This document shows positions 12,844-24,600 of a DNA stretch of 64,000 bases, one piece after another. The notes below the pieces were generated by a model. It did not search any database. It saw only the letters and a list, made by a program, of their open reading frames with translations, and was not told where the DNA came from. The stretch is from Trichoplax adhaerens (Eukaryota; Animalia; Placozoa), in the NCBI RefSeq assembly GCF_000150275.1, contig NW_002060952.1, forward strand, positions 1,672,313 through 1,736,312. The letters are read 5' to 3'. The translations under genes were made by a program, and so were the position numbers. Position 1 is the stretch's first letter. Each line of letters opens with the position of its first letter.

Positions 12844-13394
12844 TGTAATGTAACTAGTATTGTAATTGTAGACTGTTAGCCATGTGTAGTATAATGTACG
12901 GTAGATATTTATCCTAAGAGATATTTGGTAGCTATAACTATAGATTGTAGTGGTAGAGACTCTATGCTAGAGTACAGATGACTATATACAGTAAGCTGTT
13001 GAGTTACTAATAAGGCTATAGGTAAAAATAGAACTGTAAATCATATATTAGGATATGGTTAATTCACTGTACTTTGGCTGGTGTGAATAATGTCTACGTA
13101 AGTACTGTAGTCGTATCCATATTGGATTAATGATGGTCCGCAGTAGAATAGCCTTACTAAGAATAATTTAACTATGTGTAAAATAAGGTAAAAGGTTGCC
13201 ATGCGGATTGTAGCTGCGAATGCTACGGAAAGTATAACAGCATGCAACTTTAGATTATTCTGCTAGTTCGTTGTAGAAGTCTTTAGTAGTAGTATTCGGC
13301 TAGAGTAGAGCTGTGTGTAGTTAATCTTTGTATAAGATTCAATAAAGCCCTTATTTTTCTAAAATTTGGAATCTCGTGATTGGTACATATCACA
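12844..13394 (+). mobile_element. Solo-LTR-like element, family 1 (551 bp)
   Basis: TGTAAT...ATCACA termini, TSD GGGTC/GGGTT, AATAAA near the 3' end; near-identical to 20686-21236. Confidence 0.85.
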
Positions 13395-13674
13395 GGGTTG
13401 TAAAACCAACGATTTTGGACTCAATTTATCAGTGCCGGTTCGGTAAATTAGCATCCCCATAGTCAAAAGACCTTCATGTGTTTTGCTGTACATTAATTTC
13501 GGAATTTTAAGAGAAAAGATACAGTGCATAACCGTATGTATTCTTATTTATTTAAAACCAATCGGTTACTATAGATTGTGTGGGTATTACATTTATATAG
13601 CATATTTCGGACTCATTTACCTTAGAAAATGCTATAGCTTTATAGTTACCGTAACTTATCAAATATAGTCATTA

Positions 13675-13696
13675 ATATATATATATATATATATAT
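13675..13696. repeat. (TA)n microsatellite
   Basis: About 11 uninterrupted TA units. Confidence 0.9.
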
Positions 13697-14089
13697 ACAT
13701 AAGATCGCTTAACACCTCATTACGAAAGTGCCTACTTATAATTACAATCCCTTTTTAAACTAGCGAAATGTGGTAACTATTTAAAGTCAGATTTATTTAC
13801 ATTGGAGAATCCTGCAAATTTACTGGTTTATTTATTGTGCTTAATGATTTTTGGTTTATCCCATTGCTATTCATAAATCATAATTGGTCATAGAGTGCAA
13901 TCCAGTAAACTATCTAGTTATACAAAAATTAAATTTAGACGTATAAAAGCTATAGACAGCAATTATGCTAATGAATAAATAGATTTAATTAATAACATTT
14001 TTTCATATTAACAAAGTCCGATTCACTGTACGGTGTGTCTTACATTCGAAAACTGCTTTCAACAAGCAGTACAAACATGGTTCGAGCCA

Positions 14090-15140
14090 AACTATCAGTA
14101 TTTCAATGTGTCGTCTTCGTAATTGTTGCTGACTTTATACCAGTGTTAAGCAATTATTCTTCAATTTTCGCCTGTGGTATCTGCTACTTGGCTTTTAATA
14201 AGAGGCTTAGTAACATTCACAATATCCGCCAGCTGGCTAGAAAAGCGATCTTGCATAGTTGCCTCATTGATGATTGGATGGACTTAACAGTGCAAATACT
14301 AGATTTATTCAATATACAAATTAAATGTTATCACATTTATTATCAATTTTTATTTCGTTAGGTATACCATGTGCTATTTTGCCGAGCACTTCTTTGGCTG
14401 AAAATGATTATGGCCATACCAAGGTATCAGTTGCTGGTTTAAACTTGTTCTTAAGAACAAAGTTATGAGGCAAGGAGATAGTATAAAATGGGTATTCTTT
14501 ATCTCATCGATCTACCAAAACTACTTCATAACTTGATATAAAATGGAATTTCTGTTCTAGTTTTTATCTCTGCACTGATATAATCGGTACTAGTCTGCCT
14601 CTTATCCTTCGGACAATATTTTGATCAATAAATTTATTATTCTACTATACTGTTAGCTATTTAGCTTAACTCAGCACCATACATCGAATCTGCTACTCAA
14701 ATCACATTTTATTTATGGCAATCCTCTTTACAGTATCGAGATTGTTTTTAATCGTTTGATAAATAAATTAATAGTTTTAGCAACAATAACTCTATAGCAC
14801 CTCCGAAAATCTGTTAATAAACAAAGTAATTGTATATTAATTAATATTTTTCAACAGTCACAACAGTACATATTCATAATCATTAATATAATTATGCACA
14901 GTATACTTTTATAAATTAATTAGTAAATTTTACGCTTTGAGTTCGCTATTATCACACCTGGTAACTATCTATTCCCGACTATGGAATTCCTGTTACAGTT
15001 ATTATAAGTGTAAGTTGGAAGTATATTGGTATAACTACTAAATTATTATTATTATCCGGACTAAAATATGGGGATAATTTTATCACTTTACTAATTGAAA
15101 TAACTATATAAATCCAATCTTAATGATCCTAGCATTTCAA
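14090..15140 (+). pseudogene. Degenerate partial duplicate of gene A TM3-TM5 exons with their introns
   Basis: 14125-14420 aligns to 8855-9160, including the intron (AAATACTAGATTTATTC...GTTAG|GTATACCATGTG). 14940-15130 aligns to 9310-9500 (GGAATTCCTGTT...GTGTAAGTT). The acceptor is mutated (TTGCAG to TTGCTG), motifs are eroded and indels are present. Confidence 0.8.
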
Positions 15141-18100
15141 GATCATCAAATAAAATTAATTGATTTATTAAAATATTATCTTCTGGTATATGGAGTGAAA
15201 TGTGTACCGCAGATCACAAATAACCAGTCAACTAAAATATCAGCCATGAGTTATTGGTAATAGATAATCTGAATAAGGAATAGTAATAATATAAATTACA
15301 TAAGAAACTAAATATAAGTTTGGCTACTTGTGTAGTAAGTTCACCTTACTGCAATTGCTTAATATTCTTTTACTGTTACATGTTTATCCTATATAAATTG
15401 ATGTCTGCCATACTACAATGGCAATTAATCTATCCATATCTCTACAAAAATTTAGTAACTTAATTAATTAAGTCTTTACATTAGTAAGTGATTATGTTAT
15501 CAACAAATCAATCATAGAACGGTACAGAAACTTCGTTTCTTAGTTCATTATATTCGATAAGAACTTAATTGAAGATACACCCATTCATGTTCATTCGGTT
15601 CCATAAGAATTATAAGCAATAACTTTGTTCCTTAAATTTATGCTACTTGTTAGCGTATATTATAATTAACAGGAGTTGCGTATTAAATGGAATGAAATTG
15701 AATTTGTGCCACAGGTAAAATTGTTTAAAGTGAATCATTCATAAATTTCCTGATTCGATTAATAAGCTGATTAAAATTCCATGCTAATATATATACAGAG
15801 CTGATCGAAGGGCTCTAGATCGCACATGACGAAGCTAAGACGCTGTCATTTTGATATCTTATTCGTTTTATTTGATAATACAACAAATAGATTTTCAAGA
15901 AGTTTTACGTAAACCGAAAACAGCTGCTACAACGTAATCAGAGCAGATGTTGTTTGTAAATATCAATACCTTTCTTAAACGACAATTAATTCAAAAGCTT
16001 CTATTAAGTTTGGCTATTGCTACTAATTAATGAATTCTTAGCAGATAAATAATTAAAACATTTACGCATTCTACTACTGCTATACTTTGTATCAGAAATA
16101 ATTTAATACCTATATAATTAAGAATAAATAAGATATGATTTAGTCATAAAATAAAATTTCTTTGACATTTATATGTAAATGAACGTCTTTGTAAAATTAA
16201 TAAGTAGTTCGGTATTGAATGTAGACGCATCTCTTTATTTACTTATTATGCTGATATAGGAAATATATTTTATGCATTTATTAGATCTGCAATAAAATAA
16301 AAAGATACACTGATTCATTATCATTATCAAAATATTATTAAAGGTTGCCAATGGTTAGCACAAACTTGGTGAGAAGAAATTTTGTATTTCTATTTATTTT
16401 ACGTCTACATGATACATTAAAAAAATTTTTTAATCGGATAAGTTGATCCATGCCCATTAGAAATCCTAATAGAAGGCAACATAAATTCAATATTTAATAA
16501 ATTTTTAAAATTTTGCTAAGTTTACATCTGGTAGCTATAAACTTTTCAATTATCTAACTTGAAAAATCTGTTTACTCGATATCTTAACAGATTATGAAAT
16601 AAAAGCCTCTGAATATGTTAGGTTGTAGATATCAATCGGTAAGTAACTTTGGAAAATATCTATATACATTAACCAAAACTAAACAATATCTTGTATGCTA
16701 GATCATTCTTAAATAATATACGAGCGAATGAGTAGTATTTTTGATCATTTCAGTTTACACCTATTATGAGCTGCATAACATCGGTAATAATCCTTGGCAA
16801 TATCTTTTGGCATATCTAACGCTATCTTTATTTGAATAGTACTGTACTGTTATTATGCGACATAATTTTGGAATGCTAAGCATCAATGATGTTAATATTA
16901 CGAAATAGCAGAGTTAAAAGATATCGACAAATTAACGTTGTCAAGTAGGAACGAAATATAGCTATTACGGATCGATGCATGACTAAACGATTAATGATAT
17001 TCCAGCGTTATAAATATAATTTGTTTTGCCTCGGAATGAAAGAGACAAAAAAATATCCATCAACGCCTTAACCAAGATTACTTAGTCTTGCTACCACAAA
17101 TAAATATAGATCCTTATAGTTGATTTGGTACAGAAAATTTTATTTTGAGCGTAAACTTAGTCCAACAGTTATATCATTTGCGGGACATTTTCGATAGTAA
17201 ATTAGTTGCATTACGAAGATTAAGGATTGATAACTATAATCAAAGACTGAAGCAATCGAATGTTATTGGTTCTTACGAGCTCAAGGAAATCATTTTCATT
17301 TAGCAAAATGTTAATTTGGTTCTAGCATCGTAAATACAATAATATTGATCATATAAGATAAATGACTTAAACTTTACTGCAATATTTTCCTAAGCAATCT
17401 GTCATCTTGAAATCTAAATAAAAGCAAATTATTTTGATTGTAAATATATCATAATGGAAATTATTTATTTATATAGTAAAGCGTAGCATAAATTAATGCC
17501 GTACTTACCTAGCGTACGTTTAAAATTGCGCTAACAAACATCCTCGCAGAATAGACGTATAAAAGATACCAATTGAATTCTCACGAGATTCTCAAGTGTA
17601 CCTTATTCATTAGCTCTTGTTTTCGATCCCACTACATCTGTATATCTATAATACAGAAACAGCGTCCAAGAATATCCTTCACTTGGCTTACACATGGTTT
17701 ATCAATTTACCCATATTTTAAAATTAGTACAGTATCTAATGTTAATGAGAACGAAAGCAGTTAAAAGGTATATGCTAATTGAATCCATTTAATTTCGATA
17801 TTCTACCAACGACGTTGATTTCTATGCGTGCTTCCATTTTAATTTTAAAAATCTTAATAATGGATTTATTTAAAAATCATTTTTATATCTATAACATAAG
17901 GAAGGAATAGACCATTATTCATATATTTTATTTTATTATCTTACAATTTAAATATACTGGCTTTCTAATAGTGCCCTTAATCTAAAATTACACATGCCAT
18001 AAAATCAATGAGAATATATTTTTTTAGCAACGGATTAAAGAAGTAGTTACATTGAAACATTTTATTTCTATTTAATGTTGATGTATTTCATATATATATA

Positions 18101-18642
18101 TAAATTTCTAAGATTGCTTTTTTCTTGGATTACTATGAGATCTATAAGAAGACATGAAAAAAAACTTAATGATGCTCTTTATATTATGGAGTTTGTTTTT
18201 GCCTTTATAAAGATAAATTTCCATTTCCCTCTATGTCTTTATTAGTCACGTAATTAATTGCTTATACTTGCAACTCACGAACTTAATCCTTAATGATTAA
18301 TATTTTTTAAAATAATTAGCCGTCGTAACGAAATTAGTAAACAAAGCGATAGAGATCATAACCTACAAAAATGCAAACTAAGTAACATGTGAAGCGATAT
18401 AAACTGATATTTCTCATTTAACAACAGCAAAATCGAAAAATTTTTTAAAGATTTTTACAGAAATAAGAGACTATTGATATAAAATATCATCATTATGAAC
18501 ATATTGCTAACGACTAACATTATTTGATTCAATCAAGTATGAAGAATGTTAATAAAATAATTAAATTAATATTTATCATTATTTACATCTACTAAGGAAT
18601 CTAATCGTTCTATTACAGATTTTCACTCATCCATTAATTTTA

Positions 18643-21600
18643 ATGGGTAGCTGTATTTTATTCTTGGCCATAATTACTTGCAAGCAGGTATCAACAGCAG
18701 GTACAGTTTAATTTCAAACTTGAAGTGAGTTTAAGTTTTCCATTAATAAATATCTCAAAATTAATAGAATATGGCTTTGTATTACATTAATGATGAAATT
18801 AGGCCAGGCTTATTGGTTTTTTCAGTACAGCATCAAAATTTACGAAATAGTTTTGCAAAGATTCGACGCTTTGCCTTTTTTAGCCTCGAGCATGTGAATA
18901 ATTGACTATAACTGAAAAAAAATGTTTACAAAGAAAGGTTATAGTACATCCATTTTCTAGACAAAACTTCTAATATCGGCAGCGATATAAAGTTATCTAA
19001 TAATTAGTTGGAAAATATACCTATACATCAATTAATAACACTGGAATAATATTCATAGTAATCTAAACGTTGTTAGATAACAATAGGCTATTTTATTACG
19101 TTTGTTGGGCGATCAGTGTCAAGACCAGAGATTGAGGAACTAAACTATAATAAGTAAAAACTTGGTTTATATACAGCGATATTATGCATTAGTGATTCAC
19201 ACTATACATTGCATATTACACATTACTAATGATTTTATTAGATAAGGTTGATGACATTAACACAATTAAGATAAGGTCTCTGTACTGATATAAATCCTTC
19301 TGTATTGATGTGAGTAACTCTTCTTATCAATTAATGTTATAAATACATAAAATTAGATCCCCAAAAATTGAAATTTAAGTGTATACTAGTAGCAACAGTG
19401 CATAGCTTTGTATTTACTTTATGATTTTGAGGTTGGTTAATTATATAAATTCTTTCTATTACCCTTAATGACTATTTCATTCATATTCTAAAGGCAAGAG
19501 TAAAATTTTAATATCTTATTTAGCTCCTATGTATCATTGGATACTGTTCCTGTTTTCTATATACGATGACACTTGAATAAGATTAAAATCTATATTCCTT
19601 CCTATATATGTATATGAATCCGGTTAATTCAAGTAAACATTACTATACGCCATACGCTAAAGACTCCATTCTTTCTCTTTGTAGACGACCTATGGTACAG
19701 TCATAACTCCAAACGTTATTTCTTTAGTCAGACTACTCTAACATTCCAAGCTGCAGTCAATTACTGTCGAGATACCTACGGCGGTAGTTTACTTGAAATC
19801 AGTGGACATAATGAAAATACTGTTATAAGAAATATGCTGATCTCAGAAAATGCTCCATCAGCGATATTCTGGATTGGAATACAAGATTCTAGTGGTTTTT
19901 TTGCCAATGCTGTATGGCATCATAGCAATGCGAGCGTTGGTGACTGGAATCTATGGTATCAGGATATCGTTGTTGATCCATCAAAGTTATGTACTGGAGT
20001 TTTCGAGATATTTGGTACATTTTTCTGGAAGAATTTGAGATGTTCTGATCCTTACCGATTCATTTGCCAAATAGGTTTGTTGAATTTGATTTTTTAAAGC
20101 CAACAGTTTAATTTAATTCTTTAGTGCTTTGACAGATTGACAAATTGCCCTAGCATTATGTATTTCAAAGGTTGTTTGATTAAAAGATACTTAAGATTTC
20201 AATGCATTGAATTTCATGTTTCTTACTTGGGTAATATGTACAATACGTTTATATATAAAATGCTTAATGTTTATAGTCTTATAGTCTTCATTAATTGAAC
20301 TTCACATTACAATTATAACAATATTTTTTTAGTAGTGATATGCTTTAGTAGTAGCTTAAATTTAGATAATGCTAACAATTAAGCATATTATAAATTTGAA
20401 ACAGTAATTTGTGTTGTTTGGCTATATAAATTCACGAGTATTATTCCATTTCAATCTATCTGGACATATCGTGATCAAGCATTTGCTATTTTAAATCTAC
20501 AAATACATCATAGGTGCCAGTTGTAGTGAAAAATAGGATTTACTAGAGGATAAAATATACGAGTATTACGATATAAGCCCTTTATGGAGTGTTATTTTGC
20601 TTAGATTAGTTTCAGTCTAGATCTCCAAGAGTCTTTGTAGTTACTGTCCTGCCTTAATAGTAAGTTTAATAAAGGTATATCCTGTTGTAATATAACTAGT
20701 ATTGTGATTGTAGGCTGTTAGCCATGTTTAGTATAATGTACGGTAGATATTTATCCTAAGAGATATTTGGTAGCTATAACTATAGACTGTAGTGGTAGAG
20801 ACTCTATGCTAGAGTACAGGTGACTATATACAGTAAGGTGGTGAGTTACTAATAAGGCTATAGGTAAAAATAGAACTGTAAATCATATATTAGGATATGG
20901 TTAATTCACTGTACTTTGGCTGGTGTGAATAATGTCTACGTAAGTACTGTAGTCGTATCCATATTGGATTAATGATGGTCCGCAGTAGAATAGCCTTACT
21001 AAGAATAATTTAACTATGTGTAAAATAAGGTAAAAGGTTGCCATGCAGATTGTAGCTGCGAATGCTACGAAAAGTATAAAATCAAGCTACTTTAGATTAT
21101 TCTGTTAGTTCGTTGTAGAAGTCTTTAGAAGTAGTATTCGGCTAGAGTAGAACTGTGTGTAGTTAATCTTTGTATAAGATTCAATAAAGCCCTTATTTTT
21201 CTAAAATTTGGAATCTCGTGATTGGTATATATCACACCTGTTCTTGGTGCATCATATTTAAATTATCGAGCTTAGATAAAGGTAGCCAGCACTTTCACAC
21301 TATAAAACGTGCGAAATGTTAATTATTACTGGCTATCGTTATTTCAAAGGCCATTGATACCCATCAGACACTTTGCGAAAAACTCTTGTCTAATCTTTTA
21401 GATAAAAGTGTATTTTATCAATATCGTGTAAAATTTATACGTAACACGATTAAGCTGGATTCTTATTAATCATAAACTGCGATCTAATCGAGCATATTAA
21501 TTTCAGGAAATATTGTCGTTATGCTTATTTTTAGATTTAAATACAACAACATCGAATTCCATATTAGCTTCCTATCTCTTTGCTAGCTACCCGCGACCTC

Positions 21601-24600
21601 CGCGTAAGCGTTTAGTTGGATAATTTATATTTTATCGCTTATGAACGTTAGCAATACTAATATAAATAAATCAGCTAATTTTATTAAATGATCTCATTCT
21701 AATATATTAGATGAAAATGTTTGCAAAGCACCAAATATCGTATTTAATAATACTTGCTTAAGTCCTCATAATACTTTACTGCCGTTTAATTTATCAATTA
21801 ATTACTGCAAAGCCATTGGTAAACGCTTACTTCAAGTAGAATCTCAAGCGAAATCACAAGTTTTAAATTCAATAATATCCTCAACTATGGAAGTCTGGAT
21901 AGGACTACGTAGTCATTTATCTAAAAGTGTTAGTAAGAAAGATTTTACATGGTTGTATGATGATCCTAATCTGCTTGCATCTAACTTTACTGCTTGGGAA
22001 AAATTTACTCCTATTACTATAAATAATCCAATATCGGGTAAATGTGCTACGATAAAGAGGGATTCATTGCTATGGAAAAACAGACCTTGCCAATCCTTTT
22101 ATCCATTTATTTGTCAGCAAGGTACTGTAATATTTGAAAAGTTATTCAACTTCTTGTGCATTGCTTACGATCACTGATATGCTTGATTTCTAATAGAAAT
22201 GACTTGTCCAGCTGGTTGGTTGCAATTTAGAGATAGCTGCTATCAAGTTATGAATCCATACGGTGTTGGTACATACTGGCTTGGAGCTTTTTTATCTTGC
22301 AAGTTTTCTTATTCTAGCGGTTTAGCAATCATTGCCAGTAAAGACGAAATGAAATTTATCGAAAGCGTAGCTTTATCACTCAATCGCCCACTATGGATTG
22401 CTATGAAAGCTGATGGAAAAGGGCTTCGATGGAATAGTAAAGAGAACATTACTAACCACTACCAGATACCACCAAATGCGTATTGTATGTTAGTGAAACC
22501 TACTGGAAATCGAGTCACTTGGGAATTTTCTTCTTGTAGCACTGGGATCGGTGCTTATCCATTGTGTCAAAAAGGTACATTAGCCAAGGGAATAACTGAT
22601 AACTTATAAAAAGACATAGAATTAATGCGCTAGATCATTAATCTTCCTGAAGTAATTTAAACTAACATTTCTTTTATTCTGATTAGCTGCAACACCTATT
22701 ACTTTAAATAATTCTGAGGTAATCTATCGGATATTTATATGGAATGGTTTAAAGTATCATAATTGTTTGAGAAAATATTTATATTTAATCATTTTATTTA
22801 CAAGCATACCCGAATTAAATTATTGCAGACAAGTTTAAGTAGCTTCCAGTTTCTAAAATTCTAGCGATTAACTAATACTACACGATTTAAGCAGGTTCAA
22901 TTAATCAAATATAGCTACAAATAAGCGGTAAAACCATGCTGTATTCAAGCAAGAAGTCCTTCTTTTTCTTTATTTGATAAATTAAAATTTATGATTACTT
23001 AATTTGTCACGGTACCCTAAAGCGACTTTTAATAAGCATAAATAATTTCAGGATATTATTTCCTGTAACTTCTTATAAAAAATGAAGTAATAACTCAGCA
23101 ATTACTGTTACTAGATTATCGAATATTTATTTACTGACACACTATCATAAATCTTTTCTTCTCTAAGTTCGATGCAAAAATCACCTTGACTTAGTGCAGC
23201 CAGGTTCGCTATGCTATATTGATTGATGTATCTACCGTCTTTATAGGGTTTGACAACAGCTGCTATTGTTGACTCCATCGGGAAGGATATTTTCCGTAAG
23301 TAATATGAATTCTTATGACAAACTACAATAATATAAGCTGCAATCTTCATTTCTAAATATATACACAACTTTGATTAGCTACTTGTCCAGATAATTGGTT
23401 GCGATATAGAAACTATTGCTACTACCTTGAAACTACGACTGGCAATTACTTACAAGGAAAAAATCGATGTAAGAATAATTTGGAAGCCTATCCAGCAATT
23501 ATTAATGACGCCGAGAAGGAAATGATAATAAGATCTATTCTTGGCATCGATGATGAGGTATGGATAGGATTAGAAGGTACATCGAACAACTTCACGTGGT
23601 ACGAGAATTTGGCAAGCATCAACTATACCAATTTAGTTGCTCATGCCTGTTATCCAGAAAATTCATGTAATTGTACGGTGTTAAAAAAATCAAATGAATT
23701 TTTAAGCTCTTGGTATGTTCGAGACTGCAATCTTAATGCTTCTATTCTTTGCCAAAGGAGTAAGTAACACCTATTTTATTTACTTTTTAAAATTTCATAC
23801 AAATTTTATCGTTTATGGTAACAAGTAGATGTTGCATGTCACTTCTTAAGACCTTGCTTTAACTATTACTGTACTATGCTGCTAATAGAAATTTGTAACG
23901 AGAAAAATAAACCACGTCTAAAGCATAACTCTAAATACCGACGATTCCTCATCGTCGAGAGATCACAGTAACCAGCAAGTGTCTCCCAGATAATACTGTA
24001 AATCTTAACTGCTTCATTTTTAAATCATTTAATTTATAGTCACATAAACATTAATTAAAGCACATAGATATTATCAAGTATCCAGTTATCTAGTAAAGCA
24101 TGCAAGATATCATAAATAATTCCATATCAGTAAGTTCCTGTTTAAGTTATCATATGAAATTGATCTAACAGCTATTGTACGCCTATAAAGCTACTCCGTA
24201 ACAATGATCGCTATCCTTGGCTAGATTGAATAAATAAACTGAAGTACAGATTAATAGTAGTATAATAAGATACTCTTGGTAGATACTAAATATCTAATTA
24301 TTCAAATATATAGTTATCATGTAAACTAAATACTATTTTTGAATCTTGAACTTTTGATATAGGTGCCATCGGATATACGTCTGAATTGATTCAAAATTTT
24401 AGCAAATTTAGTGAGTTCCAACCAAGCTGTTATTAAGCTACAGTATCAAATCAATTTTGCAGATAGAATGCGTTGTGGAAGTGCATAATTAATTGTAGTA
24501 AATTTTCATTTTCAGTTCTCTTTAATTTATAGAAAATCGCACATTACTATATTTGCGAAGTACCAGTAATGCATACTTTATAGTTGTCGCAATCCAATAG

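Noticed and set aside
13059-13247. 62-aa ORF repeated at 54726-54914 and similar to 12146-12349
   Set aside because: Lies within the family 1 repeat, starts at a non-ATG codon and is deleted in one copy; the similarity reflects the repeat, not a protein family
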